The translations under genes and the position numbers were made by a program. Of a stretch of 35,872 bases of DNA, positions 24,746-32,682 are shown piece by piece. The notes beneath the pieces were generated by a model that worked only from the letters and a program-made list of their open reading frames with translations, was not told where the DNA came from and searched no databases. Source of the stretch: a virus (Duplodnaviria; Heunggongvirae; Uroviricota; Caudoviricetes). How positions within the stretch are numbered: position 1 is the stretch's first letter; every line of letters begins with the position of its first letter. Location of the stretch: the IMG/VR virus record IMGVR_UViG_3300036790_000265, positions 64,001 to 99,872 of that record. One strand, 5' to 3'.

Positions 24746-25329
24746 ACCGCTTCGGTGCTCAGGCCGGTACGCTTCACCAGGGCCGACGTGGGTTCGAAGA
24801 CGACACCAGAGCCGGCCGGTCCTCCTGTGGCAATACCCACGCCCAGTTTCAGGCAGCGGACGTTACCCAGGGCACACCCTGAGTCATCCGTGACCGCGTA
24901 GTAGTGCTTCGACCCGTCCGCCAAGTCGATCTGCACCTCACAGAGGCGTCCACCCCCGGGGGCGGACGACAGCGCTATCGCTGTCGCGGGTGTCGCGGGT
25001 GTCGCGGAGGGCTCGGCAGGCTGCTCGGCTGCGGTCTTGAGCAGTTCGAGGCATGGATTGCCGTGAACCTCTTCGCCAGGATTGATCACGTACAGCTCGT
25101 CCGCTGGCGGTGTCCAGCCCATCGCGATCAGCGCCTCGCGAGTCTCCTCAACGACACCCATCTTCGGGTCGGTCAGCGTGATGACCGCGCCGTCCCAGAC
25201 AGGGAGTTTCACGGTCAGCAGCGGGAGCGTGTCCTCGCCTTGGTGCACGCTGACCTCGTTGTAGGGCAGCAGATGCCCGTCGATGGTGAGCTTCCCGTTG
25301 TACGGCTGACTGGACAGTTCAACGCGCAT
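24742..25329 (-). CDS. Hypothetical phage protein (195 aa)
   Basis: Closely packed ORF; REALIAMGWTPP motif; the PAT-PAT linker is encoded by a 9-bp tandem repeat at 24982-25007. Confidence 0.7.
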   Translation of the reverse strand: MRVELSSQPYNGKLTIDGHLLPYNEVSVHQGEDTLPLLTVKLPVWDGAVITLTDPKMGVVEETREALIAMGWTPPADELYVINPGEEVHGNPCLELLKTAAEQPAEPSATPATPATAIALSSAPGGGRLCEVQIDLADGSKHYYAVTDDSGCALGNVRCLKLGVGIATGGPAGSGVVFEPTSALVKRTGLSTEAV

Positions 25330-25332
25330 GGG

Positions 25333-25461
25333 TTAGCCGATCTCCTTCGGGACGAACGGTGCGGCCTTGGCCGCGGTGAGGTCAGGGACAGGCGGGTTCG
25401 GCGCGGGCTGCGTGTCGGGCAGCTCGTACGGCTCCTCGCCTTCCGGATCGGGCTCAGTCAC
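25333..25461 (-). CDS. Small Pro/Glu-rich peptide (42 aa)
   Basis: GTG 25461 overlapping the upstream stop; begins MTEPDP like two neighbouring genes. Confidence 0.45.
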   Translation of the reverse strand: MTEPDPEGEEPYELPDTQPAPNPPVPDLTAAKAAPFVPKEIG

Positions 25462-25889
25462 GGGTACCTCCAGCCGCCAGGGGTCTTCCGCCACCCGCGG
25501 CGACGTTTCCGCCAGTCCTCGAATGGGCGTCGCAGACGGCGAGCGATCCGTTCCGGCAGCGGCCACGGCTGACGGCCGCCTTTGTCGCCGTACATGACCC
25601 GGCTCGCGGCCGATTCGATAGGCCACGCCGGGTCACCGGTCGCGCTGGTGGGCTTGTTCCCGCCCCAGCGGCGGTGATCCGCTGGCGAACCAGCCGGGCG
25701 GGCTGCGTCGGCCGGGCACGGGAGCTGGCCGAAGTACGGCGGGTGGCCGGTGAAGGCGATACCCATGCGACGGCGGGCAGCCTGCTTGTCCGGGTACAGG
25801 TCGCAGAACTCGCACTCGCCGGGGCCGTGGAGCACCCGCTCGTCACAGTGCGGGAAGGGGGCGCGTGGACGAGGATCGGGCTCGGTCAT
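25458..25889 (-). CDS. Hypothetical Cys/His-containing protein (143 aa)
   Basis: ATGA coupling; HCDERVLH...CEFC...H...PCP...WGGN. Confidence 0.7.
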   Translation of the reverse strand: MTEPDPRPRAPFPHCDERVLHGPGECEFCDLYPDKQAARRRMGIAFTGHPPYFGQLPCPADAARPAGSPADHRRWGGNKPTSATGDPAWPIESAASRVMYGDKGGRQPWPLPERIARRLRRPFEDWRKRRRGWRKTPGGWRYP

Positions 25890-26353
25890 CGCGGTGGCCA
25901 GTGCCAGCCGTAACGGCGGCAGACGGTCGTGAGCGCATGAACGACAGCGCGCTCGATCTCGGCGTGGCTGATGCTGTGGTGGACGTGGGAATGCGTGTCT
26001 GGCGGGGGTGATATCCCGGCCGGTGGCAGCCCCATGGCGGCACGGAGTTCATTGAATGTCGGGTAGTTGCACGCCGGAGGCCGCTCGTCGGCCGCCGCGA
26101 CCAGCCAGTCATCGGCCAGCAGGTCCGTGCCGGTGGCTGACCAGGGTGCACAAGACCCGTCCGCGGTCCGCAGGTCGATGTGCGGCAGGTATCTGATCTC
26201 TGTGCCCTCGGGGTAGATGCCGAGCAGCGGCGGCCGGTTGACCTCGAACGTGCTGCCGGGCACGAGGTACAGGAACTGGCCCTTGCCGTTCCAGCCGGCC
26301 CGGGTGACGCGCTTGCCGTCCTTCAGGGCTGCCAGTGCCTGGCCGAAGTCCAT
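25886..26353 (-). CDS. DUF2829 / Tad2-like (Thoeris anti-defence 2) protein with C-terminal extension (155 aa)
   Basis: TGATG-coupled ATG 26353. MDFGQALAALKDGKRVTRAGWNGKGQFLYL...IDLRTADG...PWSATGTDLLADDW matches the DUF2829 signature. Confidence 0.8.
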   Translation of the reverse strand: MDFGQALAALKDGKRVTRAGWNGKGQFLYLVPGSTFEVNRPPLLGIYPEGTEIRYLPHIDLRTADGSCAPWSATGTDLLADDWLVAAADERPPACNYPTFNELRAAMGLPPAGISPPPDTHSHVHHSISHAEIERAVVHALTTVCRRYGWHWPPR

Positions 26354-26595
26354 CAGTCGTCGTCCTCGCTGTCGTCGGGGGTGAACGGGGTGTAGGTGCG
26401 GGTCCGGGCGACCCACTCGCCAGCGGCTGGGAGCACGTAGCCGTGGCGGGTCTCGACGATGCCGTGGCGCAACCTCACCTTCAGGCCGGCCCGGGCGCAG
26501 GCGTTGAGCGCGTCGGCCACGCGAGCCAGCGCGTCGGCCGCTGCCGTCGCGGACGTGGCGACCTGGCGCATCGTGTCGGCGGTCAGCTCAGCCAC
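26353..26595 (-). CDS. Hypothetical protein (80 aa)
   Basis: Coupled at both ends to its neighbours. Confidence 0.65.
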   Translation of the reverse strand: MAELTADTMRQVATSATAAADALARVADALNACARAGLKVRLRHGIVETRHGYVLPAAGEWVARTRTYTPFTPDDSEDDD

Positions 26596-26824
26596 GCTGG
26601 ATGACCAGCTCGTCAGCTCTCACCACGACAACATGGGCGGCGGGGGCGTGTGACTGCACCATCAGGCGCATGTTCTCCCGGTCCTGCGGGGTGAAGTTCC
26701 GGTCTGGGCTGATCCGGATAATCAGGGTGTCGCCTGGGCGGAGGACCCTCGTCTCTTCTGCCAGCAGTTCGCTGAGCGGCCGCGGTCCGGTTTCCACGAT
26801 GGTCAGCGGGTCGGGCTCGGTCAT
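26588..26824 (-). CDS. Hypothetical protein (78 aa)
   Basis: ATG 26824 overlaps the portal stop (ATGA); begins MTEPDP; LRPGDTLIIRI motif. Confidence 0.65.
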   Translation of the reverse strand: MTEPDPLTIVETGPRPLSELLAEETRVLRPGDTLIIRISPDRNFTPQDRENMRLMVQSHAPAAHVVVVRADELVIQRG

Positions 26825-28800
26825 GCTGCTGTCCGATCTTGGTAGTCGTGCAGGTTGTCCCAGTCGCCCGCCTTGGCCTTGGCCACGCCCGTGTACGCCC
26901 ACACCGGCAGCTCTTCCTTCATCGCTGCGAGGGCGTGGTGGTGGCCGTCCACGATCACGTACTTCGCGGACCCGGCCGGGCGCACCAGCACCACGGGCTT
27001 CAGATGCAGGCCCTCAGCAGCGCGCTTCTTGGCCTTCTTGCGCAGCCGCGCAATGTCCGGCCCGTCGTGGTCAGCGGCCCAGTCTTCGAGGTGGTCGGTG
27101 TCGATCTCGTCCGCATCGACCTCCGCGGGCCCGTGCCATTCCACCGTGTCGGCATCCTTGACCCACCCGAGTTTGCTGGCGGGGAAGCATCCTGCGAGGC
27201 GGCGGTACACAAGCTGGGTGACCGAGACAACCTCCAGAAGCGGGCTGCCGTGGAGGCGTTCGTTGAGACGGCGCCGGTAGTTGGCCAGTTGCACGACACG
27301 CACGCTCTCCCGCGAGCCCTTCTTCCCGGCCAGCTGCTTGCCCTTCCCCGCGGGCAGGGCAGGCGGTGCGGGTGCTCCTGGCTTCTGCTGAGGCAGATCG
27401 TCGTCATCGTCGTCTTGCATCGGCTCGTCACCGGGAGGCTGCTCACCGGCGGCGACCGCGGGTGCGCCCTTGGACGCGATCATCGCCTTCGACATGTCTG
27501 ACATGTCCGACCAGAGCACGAGGTTCTGCCGGTCCACCAGCACCGCATCATCGCCGCCAGGAACCGGAGGCTCACCGATGCTGGCGCGGTACTTGTTGAG
27601 CGTCCAGGAGCCGTTCCGCAGCCTCGTGTCGCGGATTTCCTCCACGGTCTTGGAATCGCGGTAGTCGACCTCGCCGAACTTCGACTTCCAGCCCTTGACG
27701 CCGAACCCTTCGACAGCGATGTGGAAGTTCAGCTTCTCCAGGAGGATCGCGCCGATCGGGTCACACGTGTTGATCATGAACGAGCGGTGCTGGCTATCAC
27801 CAGTACCGCCGCCCAGGTTGCCCGACTCGATGATGTTCGCCTCAGCCGGCGGGACACCGTACCCGGCGACGATCGTGTCCCGTTCCTTGTCTTTCGCCTC
27901 CAGCACGTCAGACAACTTCCCGGCTTGCAACTCGGTCAGCTTCCCACCGCCGACCGTGATCCACGGGTTGCCGATGTTGCGGGCGCCCAGGTTCTGCGCC
28001 ATCACCTTGTCCCGCCACCTGGTCCGCTCCGCGGACGGCGGCAGGTCAGCATGGATCGTCGGGGGCAAGCCCTTCCGCAGCATCTCCTTCTCGGTGGCCG
28101 CGGCGAACAGCCAGGACGTGATCGGCTGCATCATCGCCTGCGTCGGCGACACCCCGTACACGCCCGGCCGGGCGGAGTCCAGCGAGATGTGGATGACTTC
28201 GCGGGTTTCGAACGTCGCGCGCTGCCCGAACTCGGTCACCTGCACATAGCCGGTGATTTTCCCGTGCTCGTCCGCTACTGGTGTGGTGGTCACCACGTCG
28301 AGGTTCCACAACGCGACTGGTGTCGGCCCAGACCAGGTGACCTCAAGCAGCGCGTCGCCGAAGACGAGCAGGTCCGCGATCGCGTTCCGCAGCACCTGGC
28401 GGATGTCTTGGGTGGGGTTGCAGAACCCGTAGAACCGTTCCAAGGCGATGACCTCGGCCGGCTTGTCGGGTTCCTCCTCACCTTCGCCGCTGTCCGCATC
28501 CCAGTCGGAGATCAGGCCACCCGCGGTGATGGTGCGGGCGATCACCTGCACGCACGTCCACGACCACGGGCACGTCAGGTAGGCGTCGTTCAGTTCCTGC
28601 ATCAACGTCTGCCGGTCAGTGCCGGTCGAGGCGCCGATAGCGGACTGGTACTCGTTCAGGCCGCCCTGCGGGACACCTGGAACATACCCGGCGCGTTCGA
28701 GATCGGCGGCGCTGGTCGCGACCTGGGCGGCGACCCGGTCCTTTTTCTTCTCGGTGACGCCGCGGCGGAACGCGGGCGGGATCCAGCCTGGGAGCGGCAA
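26821..28800 (-). CDS. Portal protein with a C-terminal ParB/sulfiredoxin-like domain (659 aa)
   Basis: GGAGG RBS, TTG start, directly after TerL. Portal motifs (DLLVFGDA, GVSP, IVAGYGVPP, TLNKYRASIGEPP) are followed by a linker and KPVVLV...YVIVDGHHHALAA. Confidence 0.85.
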   Translation of the reverse strand: MPLPGWIPPAFRRGVTEKKKDRVAAQVATSAADLERAGYVPGVPQGGLNEYQSAIGASTGTDRQTLMQELNDAYLTCPWSWTCVQVIARTITAGGLISDWDADSGEGEEEPDKPAEVIALERFYGFCNPTQDIRQVLRNAIADLLVFGDALLEVTWSGPTPVALWNLDVVTTTPVADEHGKITGYVQVTEFGQRATFETREVIHISLDSARPGVYGVSPTQAMMQPITSWLFAAATEKEMLRKGLPPTIHADLPPSAERTRWRDKVMAQNLGARNIGNPWITVGGGKLTELQAGKLSDVLEAKDKERDTIVAGYGVPPAEANIIESGNLGGGTGDSQHRSFMINTCDPIGAILLEKLNFHIAVEGFGVKGWKSKFGEVDYRDSKTVEEIRDTRLRNGSWTLNKYRASIGEPPVPGGDDAVLVDRQNLVLWSDMSDMSKAMIASKGAPAVAAGEQPPGDEPMQDDDDDDLPQQKPGAPAPPALPAGKGKQLAGKKGSRESVRVVQLANYRRRLNERLHGSPLLEVVSVTQLVYRRLAGCFPASKLGWVKDADTVEWHGPAEVDADEIDTDHLEDWAADHDGPDIARLRKKAKKRAAEGLHLKPVVLVRPAGSAKYVIVDGHHHALAAMKEELPVWAYTGVAKAKAGDWDNLHDYQDRTAA

Positions 28801-28820
28801 CGCAACCTCCAGGCTGGGTG

Positions 28821-30518
28821 TCAGGTGAAGGGAGACTTCGCGACCGTCCCGGGTGGTGGCCGGTCGTCGTCGTCGTCATCAGGGGGCCGGTTCCAGGGGG
28901 CGCCCGGCTCGTCGGGCCGGACCGCGTACTGGCCCCTCGGCTGCAACAGATTCTCGGAGCCCTCCGCGGGCACGTCGTCGTCGACGGGGAACTGGGGGCC
29001 GCCACCAAGGTTGATCAGCAAGTACCGGGAGCCGTCCATCGCGTGGTCAGCGGCGTTGGTGTCGGCGTCCTCAACGTTGCCGGTCTTCGCGTGCGGCAAC
29101 GCGGGAAGCTCCATGATCAGGCTCTTGACGGTCCGGAAGATGTGGACCATCGGGCACGTTTCCCACCCGAGCGCGCGGTGGTGCGGGCACGCAGGCCCTT
29201 CCTTCAGGTAGGAGTGCCACCGCTGCCAGCCCGCGACCCGGGAACCGGGGCCTTTCCCCGCTTCGGTCAGATAGACGCCGTTCTCGGCGTACACCTCGGA
29301 GATCGGTTTCGCGTCACCGCGGGTGGCCCACATGGCGTCGTCAGCCCACCGGACCAGCACCCGCTCGTCATCGGCCTCAGCCGCGAGTATCCGCTTGGCC
29401 TGGTCAGCTTCACCGACCTGCGTTTCGTACAGGTCGCGGTAGAACCACACCCGGCCGTCCTCGTCGACCGCGGCCCACACCACCGCCCACGGCTTCGCGA
29501 ACCCCCAGTCGATGCCCTGGTAGCGACGCCACCCGGCAGGCAACGTGATCGGGTCGAGGGTGTGACGGTCATACCGGTACTCGGTGAACATCTGGCCCGC
29601 GAACTGATCCCAGTCACCGTCGCGCATCGCTGCCCGGCGGGCCGGGTCGGGGATCGCGTCGAGCTGCCGGAAGTAACCGGCGTTCAGGTGAGGGTTATCG
29701 GTGGCCTTCGCCGGGATGAACCGGCGGGTCAGCCCGAAATCGTCGGTGACCACCTGCGCGCCGTAGACGGTGGGCTTGATGTACCGCTCTTTAACCTCAC
29801 CGTGGCCAGGGCCACCCGGGTTCGACGACGACCGGATACCCAGCACGGGAACACCATGCGCGGCCCGGAGCCGTTCCAACGCGATCACGTCCACGATCCC
29901 CGGCGCCAGCAACGTCCGCTCGTCCACCAGGAGCAGCTGATACTCGCCGCCTTGCCGGCGGGACGCGTCGTCAAACGACTCCATGTACCGGAGCCGGATC
30001 ACCGACCCGTTAGGAAACGTGACCTCTTTATCGGTCTTGTTCCAATGGCCGCCGACCTTGGCACCCCACTGGTACCGCTGAAACTCCGGGTAGATCGACT
30101 CCGCGAGCTCGTCATACGAGCGGCGCAGCATCAGCACCCGGATCCCGGGATACCGGACCGCCGCCCGGATCGCCTCCATGACCAGGCCGACTGTTTTCCC
30201 GCCACCGGCCGCGCCGCCGTACAGCACGTCGTACTCGGTCGCAGCGTGGAACAGCTCCTGCGGGCAGTTCCCGCACGGCGCCGGTAGCCTGCCGGCCGCG
30301 GCCTCGGTCACCCGCTCGTCGAACGGGGACTCGACCCCGATCTCCGCGGCTACCTGCTTACGGACCGCGACCCGCGGGAGGCACGTCGGCTCATACCCCA
30401 GCTCGGCGAAGACGTCGATCTTGGCGAGGCGTTCCGCCTCGCGGCGTTCATGTTCCTGGTGGAGGCGCTGGAGGTAGCGCAAGCGGTCCAGTTTCAGATC
30501 CGCCAGGGAGCCGGCCAA
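28821..30518 (-). CDS. terL: Terminase large subunit (565 aa)
   Basis: Walker A GGAAGGGKT, Walker B LLLVDE, SSNPGG coupling motif, nuclease GIDWG and DHAMDGSRY. Confidence 0.95.
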   Translation of the reverse strand: MAGSLADLKLDRLRYLQRLHQEHERREAERLAKIDVFAELGYEPTCLPRVAVRKQVAAEIGVESPFDERVTEAAAGRLPAPCGNCPQELFHAATEYDVLYGGAAGGGKTVGLVMEAIRAAVRYPGIRVLMLRRSYDELAESIYPEFQRYQWGAKVGGHWNKTDKEVTFPNGSVIRLRYMESFDDASRRQGGEYQLLLVDERTLLAPGIVDVIALERLRAAHGVPVLGIRSSSNPGGPGHGEVKERYIKPTVYGAQVVTDDFGLTRRFIPAKATDNPHLNAGYFRQLDAIPDPARRAAMRDGDWDQFAGQMFTEYRYDRHTLDPITLPAGWRRYQGIDWGFAKPWAVVWAAVDEDGRVWFYRDLYETQVGEADQAKRILAAEADDERVLVRWADDAMWATRGDAKPISEVYAENGVYLTEAGKGPGSRVAGWQRWHSYLKEGPACPHHRALGWETCPMVHIFRTVKSLIMELPALPHAKTGNVEDADTNAADHAMDGSRYLLINLGGGPQFPVDDDVPAEGSENLLQPRGQYAVRPDEPGAPWNRPPDDDDDDRPPPGTVAKSPFT

Positions 30519-30978
30519 TCTGGGCCTCCATCTGCGCTATGGCGGCCTCGATCCAGCCCAGGGTGATGACCTCATGCTTGGTGGGGGCGTCCAGGCCGTG
30601 GAGTTTCGCCCGCCGCTCCGACACCCGCAGCAACGCGAGCACAGCCTGGATCACCGGCCCGTCATCAAGAAGCGGCTCCTCCGTCTCCGGGTGCAGCACC
30701 ACAATCCCTGACGACGACACGCAGTAGTGCTTCCTGCCCAGCACTTCCTGCAACCTCTGCATCAGGTCGTCCAGCCGCGCATCCTCAAGCTGCCGCAACT
30801 CCTCAACAGCCTCACGAGCGCTATCGGCCAGGGCCCGCTGCACCGCCTCATACGCCGACGACGACGACCGCCACGACATCGCGGCAGCGATCTGCTCGTA
30901 CGACTTCCCCTCACGCCGCAGCTTGAGAGCCTCGATATCCCGTTCCCGGGTGGCGACAGACCGGCGACGACCAGCCAA
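30448..30978 (-). CDS. terS: Terminase small subunit (176 aa)
   Basis: N-terminal HTH (LRREGKSYEQIAAAM), RRAKLHGLDAP motif, directly upstream of and overlapping terL. Confidence 0.8.
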   Translation of the reverse strand: MAGRRRSVATRERDIEALKLRREGKSYEQIAAAMSWRSSSSAYEAVQRALADSAREAVEELRQLEDARLDDLMQRLQEVLGRKHYCVSSSGIVVLHPETEEPLLDDGPVIQAVLALLRVSERRAKLHGLDAPTKHEVITLGWIEAAIAQMEAQIGRLPGGSETGPLALPPAPPPGT

Positions 30979-31029
30979 TGGGTCACCGCCTCAGGTTCGG
31001 GTGTCCATGCGTTCGGCGAATGAGCCCAG

Positions 31030-31305
31030 CTAGTTGGCGTTCTGGCGGAGGATCAGGAACCGGCGGGTCTCGGCCGCGATGTGGTGGTGGGCCCACTTCG
31101 CATACTTGGGGTCTTGGTGGCCGTGGGCCGCGGCGATGTCCCGCCAGGTCGCACCGGCCTGGGTGGCCAGGTCGGTAAGGTGAGTTATCGCGACCGCGAC
31201 GCCCATCACGGACTGGCGGGACACGTCGGGGATTTCCTTGAGGTGGGCCAGCTGGGCGAGGGCTGTCACGACCTCCTGCTGCGACGGGCCGGCCGGGCTG
31301 CTCAC
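31030..31305 (-). CDS. Small helical, possibly HTH-like protein (91 aa)
   Basis: GTGA-coupled start; AGATWRDIAAAHG resembles an HTH. Confidence 0.55.
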   Translation of the reverse strand: MSSPAGPSQQEVVTALAQLAHLKEIPDVSRQSVMGVAVAITHLTDLATQAGATWRDIAAAHGHQDPKYAKWAHHHIAAETRRFLILRQNAN

Positions 31306-31868
31306 CGGAGCTGGCTCAGCATCTCGTGCGTGACGGGGCCGCTCACCACAAGGAACGGTCGCCGGCCGGTGGCCTCGGGTACCAGGTGGTCGACGCACTT
31401 CGACTCGCCCTGGTGGATGGCGACCGAGTCGTACATTGCGGGCATCGCGGTCGGCGAGTCAGTGCCAGGGCGCAGGTGCTCGGGGAGGAACCCGGTCGCG
31501 TCGATCTGGGCGGCGCGGGGATCGTCCGGAGCGATACCGCTGGCCGCGCAGGCGGCCTCGTGGGCGGCCTCAGCGTCGGCGCCGTACTTCTTGCTCCACA
31601 TCACCCGCGTCCGGACACACTCGGCGCATTTGTCTCTGCGGGGTGTCACGGCGCGCAGGGCACTGGTCAGGGTGTCGCCCAGGATCGCGGGAAGCATCTG
31701 GGTCAGCACCGGCACGAGCGCGCCGTTGACCGCCTGGGCGATCGCCGCGGCGAGCGGGTCGATCCGGGGCGGCTGGCCCGGGTCGCCGGTTGTGGTGGGC
31801 TCGCTGGCCGTGGCGGCCTGGGCGGGCTGGGCCTTGGCCAGGAGACCGGCCGGGACTTGCTGCTGCAC
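31302..31868 (-). CDS. Hypothetical protein with split CxxC...CxxH motif (188 aa)
   Basis: AGGAG RBS, GTG 31868; KCAEC...KCVDH. Confidence 0.65.
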   Translation of the reverse strand: MQQQVPAGLLAKAQPAQAATASEPTTTGDPGQPPRIDPLAAAIAQAVNGALVPVLTQMLPAILGDTLTSALRAVTPRRDKCAECVRTRVMWSKKYGADAEAAHEAACAASGIAPDDPRAAQIDATGFLPEHLRPGTDSPTAMPAMYDSVAIHQGESKCVDHLVPEATGRRPFLVVSGPVTHEMLSQLR

Positions 31869-31875
31869 TGGGCTC

Positions 31876-32202
31876 CTATACGGGGGTGTTTTCAGAGTCG
31901 GAATCGGCCGACTCTGCGGCGGTGTCGATCGCGCTAGGGTCATCCGCCCACGCTTGGAACGGGTTGCGGGGCAGCACTTGCACGAGCTGGCGGCGGCGGC
32001 CGACCAGCGGCTCGATCTGCTCTTGCACAGCGGACCGGCCGGCGGGGGTTCGGCAGCGGCGGGCGACCTTGACCAGCTCGGCGACCTGGGCGTTGATGTC
32101 GCGTATCTCGTTGCGGATCCGGGTGTCGCGGTCCCACGCCAGTTCCCGCGCCCACCGGCGGAAGTCCGCGGTCTCGCTGCGGGGTGCCTGGTCAAGCATC
32201 AC
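31876..32202 (-). CDS. Hypothetical helical protein (108 aa)
   Basis: Coupled start; coiled-coil-like sequence. Confidence 0.6.
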   Translation of the reverse strand: MMLDQAPRSETADFRRWARELAWDRDTRIRNEIRDINAQVAELVKVARRCRTPAGRSAVQEQIEPLVGRRRQLVQVLPRNPFQAWADDPSAIDTAAESADSDSENTPV

Positions 32203-32327
32203 GCTGTCCCGTCGCCCTGGCCGGGGCGTTCGACGCAGCCGGCGACGAGCCAGAACAGCAGCCGGTGCAGTTCAGGGGGACACCGGTCCATTGCGTCCCG
32301 CACCTGGGCAGGTGTCATCGGTGACAA
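32199..32327 (-). CDS. Tiny hypothetical protein (~40 aa)
   Basis: GAGGAG RBS, TTG 32327 or ATG 32318 (MTPAQVRDAMDRCPPELHRLLFWL...); its stop overlaps the next GTG. Confidence 0.45.
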   Translation of the reverse strand: MSPMTPAQVRDAMDRCPPELHRLLFWLVAGCVERPGQGDGTA

Positions 32328-32345
32328 GGCGCTCCTCGGGCAAGG

Positions 32346-32558
32346 TCAGGCAGCGGCGGCGCGCTGAGCGTGCAATCTGGCTTCGATCGCGGCCAGGTCA
32401 CGGAAGTCGTACACGTTCCACCGGCCAATCTGGCCGAGGCGCTGCACCTTGTACCGGTGTATCCAGACCCGGATCGTGGATTCGGGCACGTCCAAGGCGG
32501 CAGCGATCTGCTTGGGGGTCATCACGTCGCTGGGGTCAATCCCCGGGCGTGGCGGCAT
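32346..32558 (-). CDS. MerR/excisionase-like HTH DNA-binding protein (70 aa)
   Basis: VMTPKQIAAALDVPESTIRVWIHR...GRWNVYDFRDL. Confidence 0.8.
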   Translation of the reverse strand: MPPRPGIDPSDVMTPKQIAAALDVPESTIRVWIHRYKVQRLGQIGRWNVYDFRDLAAIEARLHAQRAAAA

Positions 32559-32579
32559 TGATCACCGCCCCCGGCATGG

Positions 32580-32612
32580 AAAAGGCCCGCCCCGGCTGAA
32601 CCGGTGACGGGC
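32580..32612 (-). terminator. Intrinsic-terminator-like hairpin at the head of the late operon
   Basis: GCCCG/CGGGC plus CCGG/CCGG stem followed by CTTTT, downstream of an AT-richer promoter-like tract (32625-32670). Confidence 0.5.
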
Positions 32613-32682
32613 ACACTTCTCTCAGCACTGATCGTTACACACACGAGTGTTCCATCAAAAAGATGCTGGTCACAGCGGCGTG

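Noticed and set aside
24982-25007. 9-bp tandem repeat (TGTCGCGGG, ~3 copies)
   Set aside because: It encodes a PAT linker in frame, and unit changes would not shift frame; not CRISPR-like or phase-variable.
27721-32367. Long plus-strand ORFs 27721..29211, 28818..30287 and 31081..32367
   Set aside because: Antisense to portal, terminase and coupled small genes, with no motifs.
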